The translations under genes and the position numbers were made by a program. The notes beneath the pieces were generated by a model. The model worked only from the letters and a program-made list of their open reading frames with translations. It made no database searches and was not told the origin of the DNA. This document shows positions 9,502 to 20,500 of a stretch of DNA of 64,000 bases, piece by piece. Within the stretch, counting starts at the first letter, position 1, and the number at the start of each line of letters is the position of its first letter. Origin of the DNA: an uncultured Nitrososphaeria archaeon (GTDB taxonomy: Archaea; Thermoproteota; Nitrososphaeria; JACIWG01); assembly GCA_964448685.1 (NCBI GenBank), contig CAYUWR010000011.1:87074-151073 (forward strand), in the 5' to 3' direction.

Positions 9502-11175
9502 ATGATCAAGCTACAGGACTTATCATACTGGTATCCGAGGATGCAGAATCCTTCCCTTGACCAAGTTAACCTAGAGATTGAAGATGGAGAATTTGTGCTC
9601 ATTCTTGGCGCTTCAGGTTCGGGAAAGAGCACGCTTCTCTACTCCCTCAATGGCATCCTACAACATGAGATAGGAGGACGAATAAAGGGACATATCGAAG
9701 TCAACGGCAAGAACCCAACCGAATCTCAGGTCTATGAGATGGCGACGACGATCTCTCTTGTCATGCAGGATCCAGAAGCCCAGCTTACACAGATGACCGT
9801 CTGGGATGAGGTCGTCTTCGGCCCAGAGAACCTTCTCAGGCCTAGAGAAGAGATCATCAAAGATGCGGAGGAAGCGCTCAAGTTCGTAGGCCTCTACGAC
9901 AAAAAAGATGGAATAGTTACAGAATTGAGTGGAGGACAGAAGCAGAGGCTCGCAATAGCAGCGGCTCTCGCGATGAACTCAGAGATAATAGCAATGGATG
10001 AGCCTACAGCCCACCTGGACCCAAGAGGCACCAAAGAAGTCTTCCAAGTAATCCGGAAACTGAGAGAGCTGAAGAAGACGCTTATCCTGGTAGAGCATAA
10101 AGTAGATGACATAATAGAGCTCTTGGAAGATGACGACAGAATAATAGTCATCAATGAAGGAAAAGTTGTCCTAAATGGCAGACCAAGGGACATCTTGGCC
10201 AACCATGGAAAGGACCTCATGGAAAAGTATGGCCTATATCTCCCCCAGATAGTTGAAATATCTCTCCGTCTTGGGATAACACCGGTCCCCCTTCGCATGA
10301 AAGAAGTCGAATACGACAAGTTCAACCTGCAGCCACAGAACCGCGAGAGGAAAAGAAAATCCTATGAGACAGTCATAGAAGTCGAAGGCCTTGAATTCAG
10401 CTACGAGAACGGGGCCAAAATATTGAGGAACATCAATCTAACGATCCCACGTGGCATAACAACTGCGATTGTCGGACACAATGGATCTGGCAAGTCCACC
10501 CTGCTCCAGAACATGATCGGCCTACTGAAGCCTACAAAAGGTAGGATAATGCTCAATGGTGTCGACATCCACTCGATCAACAGGAAAGATGTGTTCCGCG
10601 ACATCGGCTACGTCTTCCAGTATCCAGAACACCAATTCGTTACGAAGACCGTGAAAGACGAGATCGAGTACGGCCTAAAGATTAGAAACATCGACAAAAC
10701 GGTCATAGAAGAGAAGTCGAGGGAAATGCTGCAGATGTTCGGTCTAGAGAGGATGGCTGACAGGCACCCGCTCACACTATCCATGGGAGAAAAGAGGAGG
10801 TTGAGCTTCGCGACAATGTTGATCCTCGAACCCAAGGTACTGATCATGGATGAACCTGTCGTAGGCCAAGACAAACGGAGCACAGAGCATCTCATCCATC
10901 TAATTCAGAAACTCAAAGAACGAGGAATTACAGTGATAATCGCTACACATGACATGAACTTCCTCGCCATGTGCGCAGACAACGTCATAGTTATAGACAA
11001 CGGTCAGATAGTGTTCCAAGGGGACGTCGTCGACCTATTCAATAGCAGAGAAATCCTTGAAGCATCAGGCCTTGATGATCCTCCTGTCCACAAGATAGCC
11101 GCCAAGCTCACATGCCCAGAAATCGTCACAACAGACCAATTCTGCTCGGAACTTGTCAAGGAAGTGATCAGATGA
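9502..11175 (+). CDS. ECF transporter ATPase, fused duplicated ABC domains (YkoD-like)
   Basis: It has two Walker A sites (GASGSGKST and GHNGSGKST), two signature motifs (LSGGQKQR and LSMGEKRR) and two Walker B sites, all in 557 aa. Confidence 0.88.
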   Translation: MIKLQDLSYWYPRMQNPSLDQVNLEIEDGEFVLILGASGSGKSTLLYSLNGILQHEIGGRIKGHIEVNGKNPTESQVYEMATTISLVMQDPEAQLTQMTVWDEVVFGPENLLRPREEIIKDAEEALKFVGLYDKKDGIVTELSGGQKQRLAIAAALAMNSEIIAMDEPTAHLDPRGTKEVFQVIRKLRELKKTLILVEHKVDDIIELLEDDDRIIVINEGKVVLNGRPRDILANHGKDLMEKYGLYLPQIVEISLRLGITPVPLRMKEVEYDKFNLQPQNRERKRKSYETVIEVEGLEFSYENGAKILRNINLTIPRGITTAIVGHNGSGKSTLLQNMIGLLKPTKGRIMLNGVDIHSINRKDVFRDIGYVFQYPEHQFVTKTVKDEIEYGLKIRNIDKTVIEEKSREMLQMFGLERMADRHPLTLSMGEKRRLSFATMLILEPKVLIMDEPVVGQDKRSTEHLIHLIQKLKERGITVIIATHDMNFLAMCADNVIVIDNGQIVFQGDVVDLFNSREILEASGLDDPPVHKIAAKLTCPEIVTTDQFCSELVKEVIR

Positions 11176-11936
11176 AGCTGAGGTTGCAATATAGGCCAGG
11201 CAACTCCCTCTTCCACAAGATGGACCCAAGCGTCAAGTTCATCTGGATGATAATAATAGTCTTCCTTCTTTTCGTCATGACAGACCCATACTCTGTGTTG
11301 GCACTCCTCATGGTGCAGGTTCTCATGGGCAAGTTCGGTGGAAAGATAGGATTTGTTGAGATGGCGAAGGCTCTTGCGATAATAGCGCCTACAGCCTTCA
11401 CCGTTTCCCTGCTGAACGTGCTGGTGACAGGAGACACATTCTATGGCGCGGCGATGGGACTTCGAATGCTTGCGGTCGTAGTGCCTGGAGTCATCTTCTC
11501 AAAGACAACCGACCCCAGAAGGCTAACATTTAGCCTAGTACAAGTGTTGAAGGTGCCATACATGTTCGGATTCATGATCAATACAGCCTACAGATTTGTT
11601 CCAATATTCGAGGATGAACTTAAGAGCATCACAAACGCCCACATCGTGAGAGGGGTGGACATGGAACTCAAAGGAATAAGAGGGCGAATAAAGAGGCTGC
11701 AGATCACCGTCGAACCTCTACTGATAGGAGTGATAAGAAAGTCTCAGCTCACGAGTATGGCTGTCCAGAACAGGGCATTTGGCGCCTATGGGACGCGAAC
11801 ATACATTTACACAACCAAGGCGACAAAATGGGACAAAATATATATTGCGGCATGGATTATAGGTTTCTTTGTGTACGCGTTCACACTTGGCACCCCATCG
11901 CAGCTGCTCTCTCTTTTCATGCACTGGAGCAGGTGA
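11172..11936 (+). CDS. ECF transporter transmembrane (T) component, CbiQ/EcfT family
   Basis: The start ATG at 11172 overlaps the ATPase stop (ATGA). The N-terminus LFHKMDPSVKF and the membrane profile are typical of EcfT. Confidence 0.8.
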   Translation: MKLRLQYRPGNSLFHKMDPSVKFIWMIIIVFLLFVMTDPYSVLALLMVQVLMGKFGGKIGFVEMAKALAIIAPTAFTVSLLNVLVTGDTFYGAAMGLRMLAVVVPGVIFSKTTDPRRLTFSLVQVLKVPYMFGFMINTAYRFVPIFEDELKSITNAHIVRGVDMELKGIRGRIKRLQITVEPLLIGVIRKSQLTSMAVQNRAFGAYGTRTYIYTTKATKWDKIYIAAWIIGFFVYAFTLGTPSQLLSLFMHWSR

Positions 11937-11947
11937 GGGGGAACCAG

Positions 11948-13678
11948 ATGAGCTACGAGAAGCTCATAGAGGCAGCGGTTGGGAAGACACCGTTCGACCT
12001 GACAGTAGTCAACGTCCAACTCGTCAACGTGTACACCGCAGAAATATATAAGGCGGACATTGGGATAGTGGAAAACAAGATCGCCTACGTCGGAGAAGCA
12101 GGCGCCTACCCTCTACAGGCCAGAAAAGAAATTGACGCAGGCGGCTTCTACGCTGTACCTGGATTGATTGACTCACACCTCCATATTGAAAGCAGCATGG
12201 TTATACCGACTCGATTCGCTGAAGCAGTCCTACCTCATGGCACTACAACCGTCGCAATAGACCCTCACGAGATCGCAAACGTGATAGGCAAAGATGGTGT
12301 GAGGCTGATGATCGATTCAAGCCGCAACATGCCACTTAAAGTATTCATTCTTGTACCTACATGCGTCCCCGCACTATTGGATGTGGAGACAGCCGGAGCA
12401 GAGTTCTTCGCAGAAGACGTCGAAGAAATGCTGAAGTGGGAGAGGGTCATCGGCCTCGCGGAGATCATGGACTACCCTGGCGTAATCAACCTACATAGGA
12501 GGATAACGGACATCGTCAAGGCAGGCGTCAAAGCAAACGTGGTACTCGATGGACACCACATGATGCTCAACAGTAGAGAACTCTGCGCCTACGCGTCAAC
12601 AGGGATCGACGCCAACCACGAGAACTTCAGCTTCGAAGGAGTCCCCGAGGAGATGCGTGTAGGAATGTATGCAAAGTTGAGAAAAGACCTCTTCTACCAA
12701 CAAGACTTTGTGAAGAGATTCAGCACGATACCGGACCACCAGAACTTCATACTGGTGACAGACGACATCCTACCAGACGACCTCGTATCTCAGGGGCACC
12801 TAGACGATACGGTCAGAGCCGCAATAGCCAACGGTGTCGACCCAGTCGACGCAATACAGGCTGCCACGATTCGACCAGCGAGGCACCTTAGGCTCTTTAA
12901 CCTCGGCGCGATAGCACCAGGCAAGAATGCAGACATCATCCTCACCCCAGACCTCAGCAAGTTCGACGTCTACAGAGTCATAGCTGAAGGAAAAATAGTT
13001 GGAGAACAGGGAAAACTCGTCGAAACAGTTCCCGAATACCAAGTTCCACCCTCAGCCAAGAAGACTGTAAAATTCGCGTCAAAGTTTACGGCAGACGATT
13101 TCAAGATAAAGGCGCCGATCAAAGAGGGAAAGATAGAAGTTCGCGTCTTCGACGCCGGCACAATACTCACGGCGCTGGTCCAAGAAGAGCTAGAGGTCGA
13201 AGATTGGATCCTGAATCCTGGAGAATTTCAGACGATCGCCGTACTTGAGAGACATGGCAGGACAGGCAGCAGAGGGATAGGAATAATAAAGAACTTTCTA
13301 AGAGAGGGGGCTGTAGCATCCACGGTTTCCCACGACTCTCACAATTTAACAGTCGTCGGCAGGAACCCCTACGACATGAGCGTGGCAGTAAACAGGCTGA
13401 TCGAAGTCCAAGGAGGACTGGTCGCGGTCAAAGATGGGAAGATACTTTCACTTGTCGAGCTTCCAGTAGGCGGCATAATGTCAGATGAGCCAGCGTCAAA
13501 GATAGCCGAGAAGGTCTACCACTTCAGGAAGGTTACAAAGGAAATGGGGATAGCTGAATATCATACCTCGATAATGCCTATAATGGTCCTCGCGTTACCA
13601 GTCGCTCCAGTAGCGCGGATGACCAACCGAGGAATATTCGACGTACTCCAACAGAAGCTTCTACCACTCTTCGTTTAG
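11948..13678 (+). CDS. ade: Adenine deaminase family amidohydrolase
   Basis: It has the motifs GLIDSHLHIESSMV and HGTTTVAIDPHEIANV. I moved the start to ATG 11948, which is preceded by a GGTGAGGGGG purine run and lies 12 nt after the T-component stop. Confidence 0.8.
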   Translation: MSYEKLIEAAVGKTPFDLTVVNVQLVNVYTAEIYKADIGIVENKIAYVGEAGAYPLQARKEIDAGGFYAVPGLIDSHLHIESSMVIPTRFAEAVLPHGTTTVAIDPHEIANVIGKDGVRLMIDSSRNMPLKVFILVPTCVPALLDVETAGAEFFAEDVEEMLKWERVIGLAEIMDYPGVINLHRRITDIVKAGVKANVVLDGHHMMLNSRELCAYASTGIDANHENFSFEGVPEEMRVGMYAKLRKDLFYQQDFVKRFSTIPDHQNFILVTDDILPDDLVSQGHLDDTVRAAIANGVDPVDAIQAATIRPARHLRLFNLGAIAPGKNADIILTPDLSKFDVYRVIAEGKIVGEQGKLVETVPEYQVPPSAKKTVKFASKFTADDFKIKAPIKEGKIEVRVFDAGTILTALVQEELEVEDWILNPGEFQTIAVLERHGRTGSRGIGIIKNFLREGAVASTVSHDSHNLTVVGRNPYDMSVAVNRLIEVQGGLVAVKDGKILSLVELPVGGIMSDEPASKIAEKVYHFRKVTKEMGIAEYHTSIMPIMVLALPVAPVARMTNRGIFDVLQQKLLPLFV

Positions 13679-13734
13679 ACGATATCATTCAGCGAAATAT
13701 AAGTTTAAGAACTCGGAGAAAGTGGAAGCCACCG

Positions 13735-14823
13735 ATGCCGTCTAAACAAGAGTTTCTATCAGGCAGAAGGATCAGAGGGCTAACTCCAGATGACACAAAG
13801 AGCATACTCAGTCTAATAGAAAGCTATGATAACTCAGGCGCATACAATGCTGGCAGACTGGCAGAAGCATGCAAGCTTTACGAGAAGATGATCGAGGACA
13901 AAACTACTATAGCGTTGACCTTGGCCGGAGCCTTCACGCCGACAGGCTTAGGCGGATATATCATCTCAGCGATAAAAGCAGGACTCATAGACTTCATGAT
14001 TTCGACAGGCGCAAACCTCTACCATGACATCCACCTCGCCCTCAACCTACCAGTGCATCAAGGCACCTACAACGTGGACGACGAACTGCTCCTTAAGCAG
14101 GGAATCGTGAGAATATATGACATCTTCATCCCAGATGAGACACTGCTCGAGACCGACAGGTTCGTCAGGGAGGCGGCAGGCGAATACAGCAGCAGAACTT
14201 CGAAGCCTATTTCAACAGCGGAGCTACATCATGCCATAGGCAAGAGACTACTCGAAACCGCGCCAAGGGCAGAGGAGTCGATATTGGCCACCGCAGCAGA
14301 ATACGACGTACCAGTATACACGCCTTCCCCCGGCGACTCAAGCATCGGCATGAACATCGCACGGCTTAAGCTGAATGGAGGAGGTCTATCAGTTGACCCA
14401 GACATAGACGTCCTAGAGACAGCAGCAATAGTATTCGACAGTCCAAAAAATGGCGTCATAGTATTGGGCGGAGGATCACCCAAGAACTTCTACTTTCAGA
14501 CCCAACCCATGCTAGATCAAATACTTGCCATCGGCAGAGGAGGCCATGACTACGTAATACAGATGTCTGTGGACGTTCCACAGTATGGTGGACTATCAGG
14601 AGCCACATTACAGGAGGCAGTTTCATGGGGGAAGATAAAGCCTCAGAAGGAAGTGAACAAGGTAACCGTGTACTCGGACATCACAATAACCGCACCCCTA
14701 CTCTTCTCCTACGTTCTCGCAAAAGGGTATAAGATGAAGCCCAAGATGATCTATGGAAACAGGGAAGAACTGCTCCAGAAGATGAGACGAAGATTTCTCG
14801 AGACAGTTGCAAGAGAAGACTAA
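13735..14823 (+). CDS. dys: Deoxyhypusine synthase
   Basis: The 362-aa ORF has the DHS motifs LTLAGAFTPTGLGG, STGANLYHD and GGGSPKNF. Confidence 0.9.
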   Translation: MPSKQEFLSGRRIRGLTPDDTKSILSLIESYDNSGAYNAGRLAEACKLYEKMIEDKTTIALTLAGAFTPTGLGGYIISAIKAGLIDFMISTGANLYHDIHLALNLPVHQGTYNVDDELLLKQGIVRIYDIFIPDETLLETDRFVREAAGEYSSRTSKPISTAELHHAIGKRLLETAPRAEESILATAAEYDVPVYTPSPGDSSIGMNIARLKLNGGGLSVDPDIDVLETAAIVFDSPKNGVIVLGGGSPKNFYFQTQPMLDQILAIGRGGHDYVIQMSVDVPQYGGLSGATLQEAVSWGKIKPQKEVNKVTVYSDITITAPLLFSYVLAKGYKMKPKMIYGNREELLQKMRRRFLETVARED

Positions 14824-14870
14824 AATACCGCATCAAGCCTTCTTCGACCATCGAATAGCGGAAGAGATTC

Positions 14871-16046
14871 ATGGACAGCAGGACCCGAACGATCTACATG
14901 ACGATCGTGCTCATAGGAGCAGTAAGCATGATGGGCGACATAGTCTATGAGGGAGGAAGGGGGCTGGTCCCAGACTACCTACGATTCCTGGGAGCTTCAG
15001 CACTCGCTGTTGGAACCGTGTCAGGACTGGGCGACTTCATCGGATACGCCTTGAGACTCATCAGCGGATACGTTACAGATGAGAGAAGAACATATTGGGA
15101 GTTCATGTTCCTCGGCTACGGGCTCATCATCGCCATACCGATGCTTTCGCTTACGAACATCTGGACTTTAGCAGCCACATTGGTAATACTGGAGAGAGTG
15201 GGTAAAGCTATAAGGTCTCCTGCAAGAGACACGATCGTATCCATCGTCAGCAGGGGAGTCGGCGTCGGAAAAGCCTTCGGCCTACATGAACTATTGGACC
15301 AAATTGGAGCTGTGATCGGCCCACTTCTTGTGTCAGCCCTAATGTACTACACAATGAACAGCTACTCGGTGACCTTCGGAACCTTGTTCATCCCATACTT
15401 TGCCCTCCTCACGATCCTCTTCTTCATGTACGCTAATGTTAGGGGAAAGGTCGCAGAGGGGATGCCGAAAAGAGCCGGGGGCACGCTGAGGTTCTCTAAA
15501 GGATTCTACTTCTACATATTTGCCGTTGGAGTAAATGTCTTAGGACTCGTCCACGTGTCCCTGATCCTCTACAAGGCTTCAGCCATGCTGGATCCGGTAA
15601 ACGGGCAGTGGCTGATTCCACTACTATTCATGCTCGTCCAATTAGTAGATGCGCCGACTGCCCTCATTTCAGGAATCATGTTCGACAAGCATGGCTTAAA
15701 GATCCTCTTTCTACCATTCGCCTTGTCCACGATCCCCACCCTATTCGTGTATCAAGATGGAGGACTACTCTCGCTCGTGTTGGCAAGTATATTCTTCGGC
15801 GCGATCCTAGGCATGCAAGAGTCCATATATAGGGCAGCCGTATCCAACTTTGTATCCACAGAATCAAGGGGAACAGCATATGGCCTATTCAACACCATAT
15901 ATGGCTTAGGCTTCTTGGCAAGCGGAGCCCTCTTCGGCCTATTCCTAGACTACTCAATCACATTTTCAATAGTCTTCACCTACAGCCTGATACTGCAGAC
16001 CGTGGCAATAGCGCTCCTCATAAAATGCATAAGATCACAGAATTAG
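14871..16046 (+). CDS. MFS-type transporter
   Basis: The 391-aa ORF looks like about 12 hydrophobic segments by eye. No substrate can be assigned. Confidence 0.65.
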   Translation: MDSRTRTIYMTIVLIGAVSMMGDIVYEGGRGLVPDYLRFLGASALAVGTVSGLGDFIGYALRLISGYVTDERRTYWEFMFLGYGLIIAIPMLSLTNIWTLAATLVILERVGKAIRSPARDTIVSIVSRGVGVGKAFGLHELLDQIGAVIGPLLVSALMYYTMNSYSVTFGTLFIPYFALLTILFFMYANVRGKVAEGMPKRAGGTLRFSKGFYFYIFAVGVNVLGLVHVSLILYKASAMLDPVNGQWLIPLLFMLVQLVDAPTALISGIMFDKHGLKILFLPFALSTIPTLFVYQDGGLLSLVLASIFFGAILGMQESIYRAAVSNFVSTESRGTAYGLFNTIYGLGFLASGALFGLFLDYSITFSIVFTYSLILQTVAIALLIKCIRSQN

Positions 16047-16115
16047 ACGTCTACACTCTCCCAGCTGACAGACGATAAAGCTTTATTATCTTCAGAAAAA
16101 CTTGTCGTATAGATT

Positions 16116-16838
16116 GTGATGGAGGGCAGAAAGCTTGTAGAGGTGCAGAACGCATCCAAGGTCTACAAGATACCGGGGGGAATCGACTTTTGGGCACTCA
16201 AAGACGTCAATATGGAAGTCTATGAACGCGAGTTCGTGGCAATCATGGGCCCCTCTGGCCACGGAAAGACTACGTTGATGAACCTTATTGGCTTACTTGA
16301 CAAGCCGACAACAGGCAAGGTGGTAATCGATGGCGTGGACACCAGCAGACTCGAAGATGTCGAGCTTTCAAGGCTACGGAACGTCAAGATCGGCTTTGTG
16401 TTCCAGCAATATAATCTAATCAACAGAATGAATGTCCTCGAGAACATAGAGATCCCCTTAGTCCTTCGAGGAATAGGCCGCGAAGAGAGAATGGAAACCG
16501 TTAAGAGAGCACTTGAAATGGTTGGAGGAGAAGCGGTTTGGCTTACCAAGAAGCCCAACCAGCTGTCAGGTGGACAACAGCAGAGGGTTGCCATAGCAAG
16601 GGCGATAGTCGGGGACCCACAGATACTGTTAGCCGACGAGCCGACAGGAAACCTTGACACCGCATCTTCGAGGGTCATAATGCAGACGTTCATGAGACTG
16701 AATTCGGCTGGTAAGACGATCATCGCTGTGACACACAATCCCGAAGTCGCGTCCTGCACTAAAAGAGTCCTACACATAAGAGATGGCACAATCCAAGGCG
16801 AGGAAGTCCCAGACCCTTCAAAGTGCATATTCAAATAG
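16116..16838 (+). CDS. ABC transporter ATP-binding protein, MacB/LolD/FtsE-like
   Basis: It has Walker A GPSGHGKTT, signature LSGGQQQRVAIARA, Walker B LLADEPTGNLD and an H-loop VTHN. Confidence 0.9.
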   Translation: MMEGRKLVEVQNASKVYKIPGGIDFWALKDVNMEVYEREFVAIMGPSGHGKTTLMNLIGLLDKPTTGKVVIDGVDTSRLEDVELSRLRNVKIGFVFQQYNLINRMNVLENIEIPLVLRGIGREERMETVKRALEMVGGEAVWLTKKPNQLSGGQQQRVAIARAIVGDPQILLADEPTGNLDTASSRVIMQTFMRLNSAGKTIIAVTHNPEVASCTKRVLHIRDGTIQGEEVPDPSKCIFK

Positions 16839-16981
16839 TGAAACCCTGACATCCTTCCACCTCCATGAAGAGTTATGTGGTTCAAAATTTGTAGGCGCTC
16901 TTTATGGGCCTTATCCTATGGGATTGTTGGTTGTGTCAGCTTAGCCCTCTGCCATAGACATATGATAGTTATATTTGTTTC

Positions 16982-17322
16982 TTATCGCAGGCTTTTCCAC
17001 CCAGAGTAGGTTAGGTTCATTTTATTTCTTATCTCTTCTAACTTCTTTAACTCATCATCTGATAGACTGAAAATAAAACGTCCTCTTGAATCTCGTATTT
17101 TCTCTCTTTTGGAAAGTATTTCATACGCCTCTTTAAACAAAAGGAAACTTTCCTGTTTGCTAGATTGAAGGGGATGTTCTGTAAAGAATTTTGTTAGTTC
17201 TTTAAGCTCTTTTTTGCTATAAACGCCGAACTTACCGTAGGGCGACTTTTATAAACATATATCTTTCCTATTTTGAGACGCGCTTGTATGAGTTTGAGTG
17301 ATGGTAACTCTTTAATTGACAT
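16982..17322 (-). pseudogene. Frameshifted remnant of a LAGLIDADG-type homing endonuclease
   Basis: Hand translation of the minus strand gives MSIKELPSLKLIQARLKIGKIYVYK, then a 1-nt frame change, then SPYGKFGVYSKKELKELTKFFTEHPLQSSKQESFLLFKEAYEILSKRE...LSDDELKKLEEIRNKMN. This matches the conserved C-terminal layout of LAGLIDADG_1 domains (LGIGKIY ... F..yPL.tsK..dF..fkeA ... ik..mN). No intact LAGLIDADG motif survives upstream. The remnant lies inside an AT-rich insert. Confidence 0.5.
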
Positions 17323-17589
17323 TTGAAGTTGGAAAGATATTTGAAAATGTGGGCTCCTTCTTCCCTTTCTTCTTTTCTATGTAAGGTTTTCTATGGCTCA
17401 CGCAAATTCTCGCTCAAGAATCTTAGCCTTGATGGCCTTCTTAGCCTTCATGAGCGACCCGCTTAAACTGCTGTCATTCAAGCGGATATTTGAGCGCATT
17501 CATTCCCCGCTTCTAAAATGTGTGGGCTTTCTGTGCCCCTTCATGTAAGACATATATATTTTCACCTGAACAGGGCTATGTGTTATAGC

Positions 17590-20500
17590 ATGCGACGTAG
17601 GAACATCGAAAAGATTTCGTTCATGCTGATCTTTTTCCTCATATTCCAGAATTATCCATCTAATCTTCCACATGTCGCGGAAGCACAGGGAAACTTCCTC
17701 TTTGTTAGCTCGGCCTGGGGGTCTCAATCCAACCCACAGAAGGCCTATCCTGGAAGCTTCAATGTCATACTGTCGACTTCAATAAGGAACGATTTCGGCC
17801 ATGATCTGACAAGCGTCTCAGGGAAGATCTTCCTTCCTGAGGGGATACGGAGCCTTGATGGAAAGAAAAACGTCACAGCAGCTGGATTCACACAACACAA
17901 TGGAACCACAAGCTATTTGATAAAGGCTGGAGAGATCTTCACCTTGAACTTTCCCCTAGACATCTTCGAGAACGTGACGTCAGGAGACTACAGCTGCACG
18001 ACGACGCTCAAATACACATATTTCGATGGCATATCCTACGTCGACGGCGAAGACAATGTTACGGTAAGCTTTACTGTAAGCAGTTTTCCCACATTCGGGT
18101 TTCGAACAGTAAGCGTCTACTGGACGACAGCAGGAGGATATCGAGTCAACGCATCATCAGGAGCCCGCAATCTAGACCTCAACGTCATCCTACAGAACAT
18201 CGGAGAAGACAGCATCAACGTAGTCGATGCCGAGCTGAACCTTGGAGAAGACTTTTATCCATCAAAGGCAGCAAGCACAGCCAACAATGTTGGCCGAGGA
18301 AGCACCTTCACACTCTCATTCAACCAACTCTCTGTGCCTGTAACAACAGAACCTGGCGTATACGAGAAAGATCTGCATCTGAACTGCACATTCATAGGAT
18401 ACGGTAATGCAGCCAACAGGTCATCAAACATTCTAAGTCTACAACTTGAAGTCTCCAAAACGTCATCTCCCCACCTCCAGATTGTCAGGATCGGATGGAA
18501 TAACTTCGAAAGAAACTATCCTGGCGCAAGGGCGATCGTGCTCGACGTCGAAGTCCAGAACCTCGGAGAGTTCACGTTAAGTGACACCCTCGTTTACGTC
18601 AAGCTTCCAAACGGCTTCAAAGACTCCTATGGAAAGAACCTTATAAACGCCACATCTTCAGCTGACATCGGATACGGCAATTTCGCGACCATATCTATTG
18701 GGCCAATATATATTTCGACAAACGTCAGCCCAGGAACATATTATGCGGAGGCAGCCTTCAACTGCATCGGTTCAAGAGACGGCTCCCAGCTTCTCCTAAG
18801 CCAGAACTTCACACTGCCTATAGTCGTCAGCGGCATATCATTCTATCTAGATCTCGCGGCCGTACAATGGGTCGTCAACGGACAACCTGCGGTCGCGATC
18901 CCCGGAGCAAGAGACGTGCAACTTTCTGTTACAATAGTAAATAGAGGGGAAGACACATTCTCTGGCCTCAAATCCTCTGTGCTGGCGCCGGCTGGCTTCA
19001 AGCTAATAGGTTTAAATTATCCAGTGGGTACAATACCTTCCGGCTCATCCTTTACAATGACCTTCGACTTCAACATAACCCACAACGTTAACCCAGGAGA
19101 CTACAACATAATATTGGGTTTAACGTTCAACGCAAACCCCACATCAGGCAACAACATAGTATACTCTACCATCTACGTGCCAGTTAGGGTCGAAGACCCG
19201 GACAGATACAACTCCAAGCTAACTCTCCTAACCGCCTACTGGGGTACAGAAGGCAGCCTGAGAACCGCCTATCCTGGGTCAAAGTATGTACCGTTGACGG
19301 TTGAAATGACAAACAGAGGATTCTATTCTATCAGAGGCGCATACTTGAAGCTTGACACTGGCGGAGCCTTCGACAGAGTCGTCGACGTAGTCGAGCTGTC
19401 ACCAAACTTGGCTGGTGGCGGCTTCTCCTCTGCCACCTTCTACTTGAACATAGATCCATCCACAGCATATGGAAGATACAACCTTAGCATAGAATGCGTC
19501 TACTTCATCGAAGTCTACAGCGCTCAGTTGGAGCGAAGTCAGAACATCACCTTCCAGATCGAGGTCCTAAAGCCCCCTGTCCAGGCTCCATACGTCAAGA
19601 TCGTAAGCAGCGGGTGGGCTAACAGCTATCCAACATATCCTGGAACAGAAAATGCCACCTTCAATGTAGAATTAGCAAATCAGGCACCATACACGATCTC
19701 AGGTGTCTACGCCTCCCTCAAGCTTCCGGAGCACTTCAGAGAGGGAAACCTGAACGGATTTCACTGCTACGTTTCAGGCCCAATAAACCCGTGGCAGACT
19801 ACAACACTGTCATTCAGCGTAAACGTGAAATCGGATACGGCAGCAGGCAACTATGTAGGCGAATTGAGCATCGAGTACACTCTCTTGAGCGGGGGAGAAA
19901 GCCTGCGAATGTCTGAAGACTCCAAAGTAACCGTGAGAGTGAACAGGCTAGGAGGACTTGAGCCCATATATTCGAACTGGATGAGGTCCAGTCCAGGGCC
20001 AGGCAGCACCGGCGCAATGCTACTAATCCTGGCGAGAAACAGTGAAGTGCCTCAGATGAGGGGAGTCTACGCTACAGTAGCCTTGCCAAAGGGGTTCAAG
20101 TCAACCCAGACAGGCACAAACAAGGTCAACGTGACACCTACAATATACAGTTCAACAGCGCAAATCCAGGACATAGTTAGCCTGCTTTCAGGCCAAGGAC
20201 TACCCCTCGGACAGACTACCCCTCCAACACAGATCCAAGCAGGCAAGGGCGACGTGCTTGCATTGAATGTACAGGCAGACGTCGATGCCGACACCAGCAT
20301 AGGAGACTACGAACTCAACATAGAATTCAACTTTATAGATCAATGGGGCAGCAGGCAGAAGGCACAAGCCAACGTAACCTATCGGCTTCCAGGCTCAACC
20401 AACACATTGGATATAGTGGAGGGCAGATCAAGGCTCCTGATAGGAACCAGAACATCCACAATACAGCTTTCTGTAAGAAACAATGGTACAGCATCCATCA

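Noticed and set aside
16220-16885. 221-aa ORF antisense to the ABC ATPase gene. Similar long antisense ORFs occur inside the ECF ATPase, the FGGY kinase (26570-27070), the ThrC-like gene (31023-31532), hppA (37049-37621 and others), GH4 and the aminotransferase.
   Set aside because: These are shadow ORFs opposite strongly supported genes. Their composition is Ser/Pro/Arg-rich and low-complexity, and they have no family resemblance.
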